DNA from: Fistulifera solaris
Lineage: Eukaryota
NCBI GenBank assembly: GCA_030295235.1
Contig: AP026145.1
Span: forward strand, 744,001 to 808,000
Direction of reading: 5' to 3'
DNA length: 64,000 bases
The position numbers were made by a program, and so were the translations under genes. Below are positions 25,876 to 37,348 of the stretch, piece by piece. The notes beneath the pieces are model-generated. The model made no database searches and was not told where the DNA came from. It saw only the letters and a list, made by a program, of their open reading frames with translations. Within the stretch, counting starts at the first letter, position 1; every line of letters begins with the position of its first letter.

Positions 25876-27579
25876 TCATATCCCCGATTGCGCATTGACC
25901 GATTCCAAAAGAACCACAGCGGGTGCTACCTTGGTTTCGAGTGTCCTTCGATCATAGGACGTTCGTTGCATTTGAATGCTGTGACCCATGTACAATGCTA
26001 AAGCTTCGAGTTCCTTTTCAGAAGCATCGGTGGATTCCCGCACATGTGTGACCACCATGTCCCGCAACAAATGCGGATTGGTGCGCTTTCCGGTAAAACG
26101 ATAACAGGCGCGCGATACGATCTGGTACAGCGAATCTTGGGTCAATGGTTTGCCGGTCCGGGGCTGCGCAAAGAGGAATGGGGTGCTGGGCTGCAAGCAG
26201 GGACGCCAGTGTTCTAAAAAATCGTCAATCGAATCGGTCAATCGAGCCTGCAATCGGAGTGGAGCCCGCTGTCCGTACACTTTTCCGGTTTTGTAATCGT
26301 CCGCGCCGTGTCGGATCGTCCAGCACTCGTCGTCCTTCACAAACGTCCGTCCCAACTCCAGCTCTCGAATGGTACGTTGTCGATCCGGAACGCTGGCAAA
26401 AATTTGTAAAATGAGGTATTTTTGATATAGCACAGCAATTTTTCGTCGTTCCTTGGCATTGGACTCATCCAGTGATTTCATTTCGTTCCGCAATTCCTCG
26501 CCCGCGCGTTGGACGACATCTAAAAATTGCGGCCACGTCAACCACTTTTGGGCCTCATCGCTCGATCGACCGGCCACGGATTGTTTCCGGTTCGCATCGC
26601 GTTGCAACTTGCGCAATTCTCGTAGGGCGGGTATATCGTCGTAGGGTTGATTGGTGGCGGTGGCATCACTTTCGTGGGCGAAACGGTATTTGAAGAGCTT
26701 GATCAGACCCCGCACCAAATTGGCTTCGTACGACGCCGAAATGGAGCGTGTTTTCCGGAGCCAGAGTAAGAAAGCGACGACGTCGCTTGCGGACTCCTTT
26801 TCCTTATTGGGAATAATGTCAAACAGAGAACTATTTTTTCCGAATTGACCGCGCTGTTCCATATGCCATCCTAGAAAAAGGCGAGCGTGTCTCAGGTAAA
26901 CATCCGCTGTGGCTTTCCGTATCGGAGCTTCTTGTTGCAAAATACTTGGCTCAATCATGAACTTGAAAAATGCATCCAAGTCCTGCATCAATCGGGGGTA
27001 ATTCGGATCATTAGGAAGGAGGCCATAGTTGTCACTGGGACGTGCTTTGGCCGTTGGATTGACCACGGTCTTTTTCATATGAGGCCGACGTGTGGTGTTG
27101 GTCTTGATGTCAAGGGCAAAAACATCCGTCGCAGGTGACGAACTTGTCGACGTCTGCTGAGACGGGCCCTTGCTTTCATCACTTCGGACGGGTGTCGCAG
27201 CAGTCCTTTCTGCTAGGACCGGTACAATGGCAGCTCGGGTATGGTGCGCCATCCAGGGCGGAAAATTAAAATCTTGAATCAAAACTGATGATATCTGATC
27301 GTTGTCGATCGACCGAAAAATAGCCCGCAGCGACGAACTATCCCCATTCTCCGCCAATAAGCCTTCTTGAATGAGTTTATCGGTCAACTGCTTTTGTTGT
27401 TGCGCGTTTGGACAATTTTGTAGTAAATGTGTGATGAAGGGATCCGAACAGTCTTCATGGAAGAGTTTGTTATTGTATAAAGCAGATTTCAGACGGGCGA
27501 CGGAACTGAAATGCCAAAGAGTGTGCCGTCGCGCGTCGGACAAAAAACAAAAAGAGAGCAACGAGTAACCGATGAACAT
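25876..27579 (-). CDS. Tyrosine recombinase (phage integrase-like catalytic domain), intronless
   Basis: Full catalytic set in the right order: DRQRTIRELE (Arg), DDYKT (Lys), NPHLLRD (HxxR), MGHS (His), TSYD (Tyr at 25954-25956). A helical core-binding-like region precedes it. Confidence 0.88.
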   Translation of the reverse strand: MFIGYSLLSFCFLSDARRHTLWHFSSVARLKSALYNNKLFHEDCSDPFITHLLQNCPNAQQQKQLTDKLIQEGLLAENGDSSSLRAIFRSIDNDQISSVLIQDFNFPPWMAHHTRAAIVPVLAERTAATPVRSDESKGPSQQTSTSSSPATDVFALDIKTNTTRRPHMKKTVVNPTAKARPSDNYGLLPNDPNYPRLMQDLDAFFKFMIEPSILQQEAPIRKATADVYLRHARLFLGWHMEQRGQFGKNSSLFDIIPNKEKESASDVVAFLLWLRKTRSISASYEANLVRGLIKLFKYRFAHESDATATNQPYDDIPALRELRKLQRDANRKQSVAGRSSDEAQKWLTWPQFLDVVQRAGEELRNEMKSLDESNAKERRKIAVLYQKYLILQIFASVPDRQRTIRELELGRTFVKDDECWTIRHGADDYKTGKVYGQRAPLRLQARLTDSIDDFLEHWRPCLQPSTPFLFAQPRTGKPLTQDSLYQIVSRACYRFTGKRTNPHLLRDMVVTHVRESTDASEKELEALALYMGHSIQMQRTSYDRRTLETKVAPAVVLLESVNAQSGI

Positions 27580-28240
27580 AGCAGGAACTTTGAACTCGTC
27601 TAGATGCCCTTTTCTGGATGAAAATAGGAACTTCTAGCGAACAATTTTGCGGTGAGGAGAGTGATGTAAAAATCAAAGCAAATGAAAATGAGATAAATGG
27701 CTTTATGAATGGATGTTATTGATGGGGCGAAAGTTCCAAAATGGGGGCAAAATTCATCGGCGTCGAAAAAATTGGAGGGAATTTTGAGTGAGTTTGTAGA
27801 GTTTTTTAAATAGGATCCGTGATCAGGACGGCTGTCTTGAGTGTCAAAGTGGACATGTCATCTCTCCGATATTCGTAAATTAAGAATATATTTATCATCC
27901 GCATTAAATGGAAAAGAAGAAATCAGTACAGTAATTCATTCTACTCCATTACACGGCACTCCAACGGAAAACGTTTACCGTTGTATTATACCATTGCATT
28001 TAGGAGCGACGCTGCCGGGCGGTTCCAACAGTGGCTAAATAATTTTTATAGAATATTCAGTATGTATATAACAACTGGCCGATCAATACCGGATTATCGA
28101 CCGAGGCGCGCTTTGAATAGAGGAACCCGTTATCTTTCGCATTTCCGTGGCTCACTTCTATTGACTTTGTTGTTTCAAGCAAATAAACACCAGTTGCTAT
28201 TTTGCTTCCCAGAGGTATTGTTTGATCGAAAGGATTGATT

Positions 28241-29382
28241 ATGGAGCGGTGAGTTTGTAAAGGAACGTGTCCGGCGGCGGCCTTGTTGCGGCCGAGGGCA
28301 AATGCCGAACAAATGTCAAAAAAGTCGGGAAGAATGGAGCTTACGATGCAATGCGCAATGTTTCGTTGCTACCTTTCAGTTGAATTATAATCGGTTCTCT
28401 TTTCTGTGTTGTGTAAATGATCACCGACCCATGGCTAACCTTTTTTCTTTATCATTTCGTCACCAATGACATTTCAAATCGACACACGCATAGCTACCAA
28501 AAAATTGAAAAGCCGGACGCGGCCTTGGGAGAAGGAACCTACGGAGTCGTTTACAAGGCGAAGGACCTTGTCAATAATGAAATTGTTGCGTTGAAACGTA
28601 TCCGCCTCGAAGTCGAAGATGAAGGAATTCCTTCCACCGCACTTCGAGAAATTAGCCTGCTACGAGAATTGAACCATCGCAACATTGTGGAATTAAAAGA
28701 TTGCGTGCAAGAAGATGGCCGCTTGTATCTTGTCTTTGAGTTTCTCGACAAGGACTTGAAGAAGTACATGGAATCTGTCAGTGGGCTTCTCTCTGCTGCT
28801 CAGGTGAAGTCCTATCTGTTCCAGCTTTGCCGTGGCTTGGCTTTCTGCCATGCGCGCGGTGTTATGCACCGTGACTTAAAGCCACAAAACCTCTTGGTCA
28901 CACGGGATGGGATTCTGAAAATCGCCGATTTTGGTCTAGCTCGAGCGTATTGTCCGCCCATTCGTCCTCTTACCCACGAAGTTGTCACTCTCTGGTATCG
29001 TCCCCCGGAAATCTTGCTCGGCTCGCAAGCTTACGCTCCCCCGGTGGATGTCTGGGCCGTCGGTACCATTTTTGTTGAAATGGTGACCAAGCGTCCGCTT
29101 TTCCCCGGCGACTCGGAAATCGATCAACTCTACAAGATATTCCGACAACTCGGAACGCCTACCGAGAATGTCTGGCGTGGCGTCCAAACGCTTCAGGACT
29201 GGAACACCGCCTTCCCCATCTGGTACAAGTCCGATTTCTCGCCCGTCGTTTTGCAGAATCTGGAACCCGCCGGGTTGGAATTGCTCGAAATGTTTTTGGC
29301 GTACGATCCCAAGGACCGCATCACGGTGAAGGAGTCCTTGCATCATCCTTACTTTGATGATTTGAATAAGGAGAACATTTAA
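28241..29382 (+). CDS. CDKA2: Cyclin-dependent kinase A2 (PSTALRE type)
   Basis: Mini-exon ATG GAG CG, intron 28249-28493, giving [22 protein letters not shown]. Also [43 protein letters not shown]. Confidence 0.92.
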
Positions 29383-29554
29383 TGAAATAAGGCAGCGTGA
29401 CGCGCCAAGCACAGAGCCATAAGCTCTTAATCGATTGTAGTAATCTACTGTTTATGAATTGCGTACGGCTAGCTAGTGAAAATCGTTTCTATTACCTGAC
29501 ATTTATTCGGAAAAGAGTGCGTTACACTGGTAGCCAACGAGAAAAAGCCAGGCT

Positions 29555-31868
29555 CTACACAAGCTTCCCCGTGTGCCCACGTAGATTATGGTCTTCCGGT
29601 GGCTGCACGCGATCAAAGTGAGTCCGGCGTGTTATGCGGGTAAACGGATTACCACCCGTTGTTTCAACCTTCTTTCCGCAAGCATTATTGCTGCTCTCTA
29701 GATAATAGTTCAATAACCTGGTGGTCGCGTGATCACCGGTGTCTACCCTCTTCCTGTGCTGCGTCCTTCTAGCATTTGCTCCTTGACATTCAAAGCCAAC
29801 TTTTGCCTAGCTCGACACCGAACTGATCGAAGGAGTTTATATCCCAAAGAAAGCCTTGAACAGTTGTGCGATGTTCATAAAGTGCGAGAATCTGACCACA
29901 AGCGTATGCGGTCAGTTTTGGAAACAGCAGAGAAAGACTCGGTCTATTTCCCTCAAAGACACGATGAGCCACCACATCTTCATTGAGCTCCCCGTCTTCA
30001 CGCACTTCATCGGCCGTTTTACCAGTAGCAAGAGCATCCGGTTGAGCAAAGAAGTTTGCCATTAACTCATCGTGCGATGACAGTGATTCCCCATCGACAC
30101 AATAATCGTGCTGGCTCTCACAAAACCCAATGAAATCACAGGGAACTGTCTGTCCCATGTGTAGCAATTGATAGAATGAGTGCTGTCCATTCGTTCCGGC
30201 CTCACCAAAATCAATTTCTCCAACGGCATAATCGACCGGTGTCCCATTCTTGGTCACAGTCTTGCCATTGGATTCCATGTCGAGTTGTTGGATGTGAGCG
30301 GGTAATTTGAGCAACGCTTCGGCATACGGTAACGTGGTTCTGGACTTGTAGTTGAGAAAACTCATGTTCCAGACTCCCAACAAACCCATGATGATGGGAA
30401 TGTTCTTCTCGATCGGGTCGTTTCGAAAATGATCATCCATTGATTCGGCACCACGAAGGAATTTCTCAAACAATTCAAAGCCATACAAAAGACTGATCGG
30501 CACAGCTCCCGCCGCACTACAAACCGAGTAGCGACCGCCGACCCAATCCCAAAACCGGAAAAAATAATTCTCGGTATCAATACCAAAGTCCTTGACCTTC
30601 TCCATGGCCGAAATAGAAGCACACGCCACCATGTGTTTCTCCACAACTTCCGGATCATTTCCCATGAAATCCCACAGCCACTGCCGCATCGTTTTCGCGT
30701 TCAACATGGTTTCGGCCGTGGTAAAGGTTTTCGAAACAATGACAATGAGTGTTTCTTCGGGATCCAAATCCGCACACGTCCGTTCCACATCCACCGGATC
30801 CACATTACTCAAGAACCGTAAATTGTATCCCAATGCCGCGGTGATCCCTTCCGGTTCCGTCTTTAAGCACTCGTGCACAAACTCGGGTCCGAGGTACGAT
30901 CCACCAATGCCCACGGAAACAATATTCCGGAGTCGTTTTCCCGTATAACCGCGAAGCTGTCCCGATCGTACACCATTCGTAAAGACTTTGATTTGATCCA
31001 ACACATCGTGCACTTCTTGAATGGCGTCGACATCGTCATCCACAAGCACCGTCCCGATTTTCGATCGACTCGCCCGCAATGCCGTATGCAAGACGGCACG
31101 ATCTTCCGTGAAATTGATTTTGTCACCCCGGAACATGGCTTCAATCTTGCCCCGCAAATCTTGTCGTTTCGCCAAATCTCCCAACAATTTCATCGTCTCT
31201 GTTGTCACACGTTGTCGGGAATAATCCAAATACACTCCATCGTGCGTGGCATACAAGGCCTCGGACCGGACCGCATCTTGCATCAATTGTCGCAGGTGCG
31301 TCGTTTGAATGTATTCGGCATGTTTTTGCAGTCGTTTCCATTCGGCGGTCCGACTGACCAATGTGGCCTTGCGTTGTATAATGTTGGCAAAGAAATTCAA
31401 GACGGGGTTGGTGGTGGTGCGGGGGGATGATGATTCGGGTGGCGGTGGTTGTTGTTGTGTTACGGGCGGTGATTCTTCTGTCTCTTCGACGACTGCTTCG
31501 TCATCGTCTTCGGTCGCCGCATGTTGCAAAGCTGGCCGAACGAGTCGTACCGTGGCTTGATGATGTTGATCCCAGGCCACACGGAAATTGGGTTTTAGTA
31601 CATTCCAATTATTGTCTTGCTGCTGATGATGATGCTTTTGTAATACAGAATAATCGCCCGTTTGTAAGGCATAATCGGCCTCTTCGGCCGACGGTGATGA
31701 CGAAACTCGTTCAAGATCTAGTTCCGATTGTGATGACTCGGAGGGTGATTGTGGTTGCGATGATTTGGCATTCAAAAGTGCCGCCGGTCGGAGCACCGTT
31801 GTATAGAGTGGTGAAAAGCTAGAAACGAATGTGAGAAGGCCATAGGTGAAAACGAAACGACGCCTCAT
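29555..31868 (-). CDS. GPI: Glucose-6-phosphate isomerase, probably plastid-targeted
   Basis: TEDRAVLHTALR, GIGGSYLGP, SKTFTTAET, DWVGGRYSV, QQLDMESNGK, GTNGQHSFYQL, INSFDQFGVELGK. Leader MRRRFVFTYGLLTFVSS-FSP. Two indels near 29802 and 29750 extend the C-terminus to TAG at 29555. Confidence 0.92.
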
Positions 31869-32712
31869 CGTGTTCAAGCATCTTCTCGCGATCATGATTT
31901 GAAAAATGAACGACTCAAACAGAATCGCACATAAAAATTGTTTTTTAATTTTGTGACACCAATCGCTGTCACGAGAATTCTCTTCGCGCATAGCAGTTTT
32001 TTCCTCCTGTCACGTCACGATTGATTCTCCAAATGGCCACCGGCGAGACCAAAGCTCGCATGAATCAATCAAATACATTTATCAACAAACACAAAACAAC
32101 AATCCCCAGCAAAAAATAAAAGAGATAAACATTACGACAATAACCGCTCTCTTTCGAACGGCATCCAACTCGAGCCGACATGGGCTGTAAGGTTTTGCAC
32201 TCGCAGCACTCACCTTTGCACTTCTATTCTCCACAGCAGATATAATAGGATGGTTATTCGAAACATTCTTTTATAAAGCTATATCAGATGGGGTTGACTG
32301 TGAATGTATGTATTGCAATACAACGACAATGCCGAGACGGCTTGAAGTTGGCGGCTTTTTTCAAAACAAAACGTCCCGGTCGGGGACAAAAGGGCGCTCT
32401 CAACGTCAACTTCCGCGGCACGAACGCCAGCTGGCTTTTGTATGGACTCGAGTGTACCAGGAACGCCTGCTGGCTTTCTGTCGCAGCGTAACCGAAAGCT
32501 ACGGTGCGTTCGTTCCACTTCAAACACGAATGAATAGTCAAGAAGGAGTCACGGAAGTCTGTACTTCATTCCGACAAAGAAGCTCTTCGTCCGTGTCTCG
32601 TTTTCGGATCGATCTCGCATTCGCTCATTATTATTGTTTCCAAAATCGATCCAGCATCCAGCGTCGAAACAACCATCCAAAGGTCTTTTTCTTGTCATCC
32701 CATCCCTCTGCG

Positions 32713-34725
32713 ATGCAGTCTTCCACACGCTGGGTCCGCGCACTCTGGACCCAAGTTCGATCTTACTCGACAACGCAGAGAGGCTTGTATTCGATTCCGG
32801 AATTGTTACAACCCGGAGATTTCATGATCTTGACGAAACGCGCCATTCAAAAATGCGATCAGCTACGGTCGGAAGTTGCTGCCTTTTCGGAACATCCACG
32901 TTACACCTTGTTCCAATTGGACGCCATCAGTCGGACCGTTTGCAATGTCATTGATGCGGCCGAATTGGCCCGCAGTACACATGCTTGTGCGAAATGGCGG
33001 GAAGCCGCCCAACGCGCCTTCACGGTCTTACAAGATTACATTGCGCAACTCAATGGCGACACAACATTGTATCAAGCGTTACGGAAAGCCAAGCCGGCCA
33101 TGAATACTTTTACCGAAGAAGAACAACGATTTGTATTGTTGTTGCAAGCGGAATTTGAACGGGATGGCATTCATTTACCCGATGGTCAAAGAGAACAAGT
33201 TCGACAAATTCAAAATCAATTGACGGAATTGGAAACCTTGTTTAGTCGCAATTTGGTGACATCGAAACAAGATATTTGGGCCGATGCTGCCCGCGTGCAA
33301 GAAATTATTCCTCGACAGGTACTGCAATCGCAATTCGGTTTGGGACAATTGGATGGTTCGAACCTGCGTTTGTGTCAATCGTCCACACCCGTCTTGCAGA
33401 CTTTGTTGAAATATTCATCGTCACCCTCGTTGCGGAAACAAGTATATTGGGAGAGTACCACGGCAGTCCCCGAGAATGTACCCGTGCTCGAGGCCTTGAG
33501 GGAGACGCGACACGCGTTGGCGCAATTGTTGGGGTTTGCGTCGTACGCCCATCGTTTTTTGCAGCATCAAATGGCGGGGAGTCCCGCTACAGTTCAAACG
33601 TTCTTATCGCAATTGCAACAAAAACTGTATCCGGCCTACCAAAAGGATATGCAATTCTTGTCCAAACTCAAATCGCAACTCGAAGGCCATGCGAAAATCG
33701 AACCATGGGATGTTTCCTTTTACACGGCATTGATTCAAGCCCAACAAGGATTCGATGTCTCGTCGGAAGTGTCGCAGTATCTTTCGCTGGAACAGTGTAT
33801 TCGGAGTTTGCAATCGTTGGTGCAAACCTTGTTTGGCATCCAAATGAAAGAAGAAGAATTGACGGAATCCGAACAGTGGGATGTTGTTGCTGGCAATCAA
33901 AGTCACATTCGTCGATTCGCCTTTACGGCGGAAGATGGTCGTCCACTGGGAATTCTGTATATGGATTTGCATCCGCGGGAAGGCAAATATACGCATGCGG
34001 CTCATTTCACGGTGCGGTGTGGCTGTCAAACTGAGTTCGACACGGAGGAGTATCAATTTCCGATCATTGCCCTCGTCTGCAATTTATCGTCGGGCGGCGA
34101 CGAGCTGTTGTTGTTGTCACACGGTGAAGTCGAAACCTTGTTTCACGAATTTGGTCACGGCTTGCATTCCTTATTGAGTCGAACGCGATTTCAGCACATG
34201 TCCGGGACGCGCGGTGCCATGGATTTTGTCGAAACACCGTCACATTTGTTCGAACATGTTGCGTGGCATGCCGATTTGTTTTTACGGCCCTTCACGGCGC
34301 ACCATTTGACCGGTCAGAGTCTGCCGGACAATTTAATTACAAAGTTGCAGCAATCGCGGTACGCTTTTTCGACCATCGAACGGTACCAACAAGTCTTGTA
34401 TGCCAAGTTGGATCAACAATTGTTTGGTCCCCACTCAAAGCAAAGCAGCACCCGCATCTTTGCCTATTTGCATCACCAAATGGGAATTCCGTACACGCCC
34501 GGAACGCATTGGCACAGTCGGTTTGGACATTTGGTCACGTACGGGGCCGGGTATTACGGCTATTTGTACGCCCACGTGTTTGCGAGTGATCTGTGGCACC
34601 ATTTGTTTGCCTCTACTTCAGATTGGCGACGATCCGGGGACGTCTTGTGGCACGGTTTGTTGCAACACGGCGGAGCCAAAGATCCGGCCGTCTTGTTGAA
34701 TGAAATACTCTCTTATAAATTATAG
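32713..34725 (+). CDS. MIPEP: Mitochondrial intermediate peptidase (peptidase M3A)
   Basis: HEFGH zinc motif, DLHPREGK, SGTRGAMDFVETPS, RFGHLVTYGAGYY. Presequence-like MQSSTRWVRALWTQVRSYST. Confidence 0.9.
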   Translation: MQSSTRWVRALWTQVRSYSTTQRGLYSIPELLQPGDFMILTKRAIQKCDQLRSEVAAFSEHPRYTLFQLDAISRTVCNVIDAAELARSTHACAKWREAAQRAFTVLQDYIAQLNGDTTLYQALRKAKPAMNTFTEEEQRFVLLLQAEFERDGIHLPDGQREQVRQIQNQLTELETLFSRNLVTSKQDIWADAARVQEIIPRQVLQSQFGLGQLDGSNLRLCQSSTPVLQTLLKYSSSPSLRKQVYWESTTAVPENVPVLEALRETRHALAQLLGFASYAHRFLQHQMAGSPATVQTFLSQLQQKLYPAYQKDMQFLSKLKSQLEGHAKIEPWDVSFYTALIQAQQGFDVSSEVSQYLSLEQCIRSLQSLVQTLFGIQMKEEELTESEQWDVVAGNQSHIRRFAFTAEDGRPLGILYMDLHPREGKYTHAAHFTVRCGCQTEFDTEEYQFPIIALVCNLSSGGDELLLLSHGEVETLFHEFGHGLHSLLSRTRFQHMSGTRGAMDFVETPSHLFEHVAWHADLFLRPFTAHHLTGQSLPDNLITKLQQSRYAFSTIERYQQVLYAKLDQQLFGPHSKQSSTRIFAYLHHQMGIPYTPGTHWHSRFGHLVTYGAGYYGYLYAHVFASDLWHHLFASTSDWRRSGDVLWHGLLQHGGAKDPAVLLNEILSYKL

Positions 34726-34861
34726 AAGAACAATTAATAAATAGAGTTATTGTGAATGTGTCTCTAGTGTACGATGGCTTCAAAAAATAATAGCTTTTTT
34801 TTAATTTGAACTTGGTGAGGCGACTATTCATTCTTTCGCTTTTGTTATCGATTCCCACTCC

Positions 34862-35203
34862 CTACAATTCTGGCTCATCAAAGACGACTCCTGGGCGATA
34901 CTCGAAACCGTTTCGGGGGGGTACGACAGGACTCCTGGTGATTTCCTTTCTACGGGGAGACAAAGTCGTATCATCATCCTCTTGACGCTGGCGTTTTCGC
35001 GACGGCTCCTCGACTTGATCCGACGGAAGCATATTCCAGGACCGCACGTTCCGGGGAAGGATTGTCACTGGTTCTTTGCGGGGAATCAATAACACGGGTC
35101 TGGGTTGGGACGTCTTGACGGCTGTAGGTTTCGGAACGACAATGAACGGTGAATAATAGGCCCTGGGTGGATCTTCGGGAAGGGTTGATGAAGGAGGAGT
35201 CAT
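34862..35203 (-). CDS. Small Pro-rich hypothetical protein
   Basis: 113-aa ATG ORF with an NLS-like SRKRQR. No recognisable domain. Confidence 0.4.
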   Translation of the reverse strand: MTPPSSTLPEDPPRAYYSPFIVVPKPTAVKTSQPRPVLLIPRKEPVTILPRNVRSWNMLPSDQVEEPSRKRQRQEDDDTTLSPRRKEITRSPVVPPRNGFEYRPGVVFDEPEL

Positions 35204-35652
35204 GATCGATAATTTTTACCAGGTATTATTTGTTCTTATGCAGCTCGCTGTCCTCCCGAACGCGAAGAATAATGAAGCCATTGTGCCTTTTGGTTGCTTC
35301 ATGATGTTGTTTATTACCGTATTGTTTCATTATTCTTTCGGAAAGGACTCCCACGCCTTTTTCATCATGGTGCAAGGAAAACGCGAGAAAAAAAATACGG
35401 AGTAATGAGAAAAAAGGAAAAAAAGGACTCCCACCTTGTCTGTGACGCACCAGTTTTGTCTGAATATATAAAAAACGTAAAAATATTTCGTACGTTTGTC
35501 CGATGGGTGACAGTTGAAGCACGGTCTCCTCTGTCCGTTCGGATCCTCCTCCCTCGCAATCGTATAGGTTTGTGTGTGTGCCGATGAACGAATAAAGCTC
35601 TCATTGTGTAATGAACTTTCGGTGGGAAAGGTTTCGGATCACAACCCTTTTG

Positions 35653-37290
35653 ATGATGCAATCAACCATCTTCTGGTTCTTGAGCTGCCTGGCGGTAGCG
35701 CAGGCCTTTACGGCCTCGCCGACACAACACACGCGACACGCAGTTTCGCCCCTCGGAGCAACCAAGTCGGTCGATTGTTTGGTCGTCGGATCGGGCGTTT
35801 CCGGCAGTAGTTTGGCTTTTAATCTCGTGAAGCATCACAATTTGGAAAATACGTTGCTCGTCGAAAGCAATCCCGTCGTGGGAGGCAATCTCATTTCCAA
35901 ATCCAACGAAGACGGTTTTGTGTGGGAAGAAGGACCCAATTCATTTCAACCGACACCGTACATTTGTCGGATCGTTCATGAATTGGGTTTAACACCAGAA
36001 TTGGTCTTGGCCGATGGTTCTTTGCCGCGGTTTGTGTATTGGCAAGGAGGTGGTGCCGGTGACAAATTGGCCAACTTGCACGCGTTACCGACGAATTTGC
36101 CCGGCGACTTGTTGGATTTCAACCTTTTGACGTGGCCGGGGAAAATCCGGGCGGGCTTGGGTGCGCTCGGACTCATTGCACCGCCGCCAACGGACCGGGA
36201 AGAATCGATTCGGGAGTTTGTGACACGCCATTTGGGAGCCGAAACCTTTGAACGCGTCATTGATCCCTTTGTCAGTGGTGTGTATGCCGGGGATCCCGAT
36301 CAATTGGCGATGCGGGCCGCATTGAAAAAAATTCATCGTCTCGAGGGATTGGGGGATTTCGGACCGGGATTGGTATCGGGTGCCATTGCTAGATTTCAAG
36401 AAATCGCGCAAGAGAAAAAAGACAACCCACCCGATCCGGCATGGCCGACGTACAAAGGTGGTCAGTTGGGTAGTTTCCAAAAAGGATTGCAGACGTTACC
36501 CAATGCGGTCGAACAATTTTTGGGACAAGATCGTGTTTGGAAGAATACGGCCGTTGAGTCGATTACTAAAAAGGATGGAATGTTTGTCGTCACGATGCAA
36601 CAGAATGGGAAAAAGGTCCAAGTTGAAGCCAAATCCGTGTGTGTGACAAGTCCCACGCGTGTCACGGCGAAGATTGCCGCGGAATTAATTCCCGCCGCGG
36701 CACGATTGTCGGAAGTGTACAGTCCTCCCGTCGCGTCCGTGACCATTGCGTATCCTAAAGAAGCCTTCAAAGAATTGCCGGGCGGTACACCCGACCAGCC
36801 CCTCCGTGGGTTTGGTCATTTGTTGCCACGCTCTATGAAAGTGCGGTCGTTGGGAACCATTTGGTCCAGTAGTTTGTTTCCCAATCGGACACCGCCCGGT
36901 TGGGAATTGTTGTTGACGTACATTGGTGGAGCACGTGATACGGCGGTGGGAGATATGACCGAAGACGAAATTTATCAACAAGTCGAAGCTGATGTGCAAC
37001 AAATTTTGCTCAAACCCAATTATCAGGGACCGATCCAACGCATTGGATGTCGGGTATGGAAGACGGCGATTCCGCAATACCGCAAGGGTCATTTGGAGAT
37101 TTTGGAAGCCTTGGAGAAAGATGAAGCGAAATGTCCCGGCTTGTATTTGGGTGGCAATTATCGTACCGGTGTAGCCTTTGGGGATTGCATTCAATTTGGT
37201 TGGACGGAAGCTGAGCGTGTGGCACAATTCTTGCGATCTTCGTCGGTTCAAACGAATGAGACGGAAGTCAAGAAAACAGTCAAGGCTTAA
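35653..37290 (+). CDS. PPOX: Protoporphyrinogen oxidase (HemY type), plastid-targeted
   Basis: VVGSGVSG FAD motif, WEEGPNSFQP, PFVSGVYAGDP, LGTIWSSSLFP, AIPQY. Bipartite leader ...LAVAQA-FTA. Confidence 0.95.
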   Translation: MMQSTIFWFLSCLAVAQAFTASPTQHTRHAVSPLGATKSVDCLVVGSGVSGSSLAFNLVKHHNLENTLLVESNPVVGGNLISKSNEDGFVWEEGPNSFQPTPYICRIVHELGLTPELVLADGSLPRFVYWQGGGAGDKLANLHALPTNLPGDLLDFNLLTWPGKIRAGLGALGLIAPPPTDREESIREFVTRHLGAETFERVIDPFVSGVYAGDPDQLAMRAALKKIHRLEGLGDFGPGLVSGAIARFQEIAQEKKDNPPDPAWPTYKGGQLGSFQKGLQTLPNAVEQFLGQDRVWKNTAVESITKKDGMFVVTMQQNGKKVQVEAKSVCVTSPTRVTAKIAAELIPAAARLSEVYSPPVASVTIAYPKEAFKELPGGTPDQPLRGFGHLLPRSMKVRSLGTIWSSSLFPNRTPPGWELLLTYIGGARDTAVGDMTEDEIYQQVEADVQQILLKPNYQGPIQRIGCRVWKTAIPQYRKGHLEILEALEKDEAKCPGLYLGGNYRTGVAFGDCIQFGWTEAERVAQFLRSSSVQTNETEVKKTVKA

Positions 37291-37348
37291 CACTAGATAT
37301 CTCTCTTATTTTCGTTACTATATTTCAAAACGAACTTGCGAACTATGT

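Noticed and set aside
25620..27900. Prophage, integron or DIRS/Crypton element around the tyrosine recombinase
   Set aside because: No att-like repeats, terminal repeats, cassettes, RT or other element genes are visible. The flanks are ordinary eukaryotic genes.
28600..28660. Non-canonical PSTALRE cyclin-binding motif
   Set aside because: Already described as the hallmark of diatom CDKA2, so not novel.
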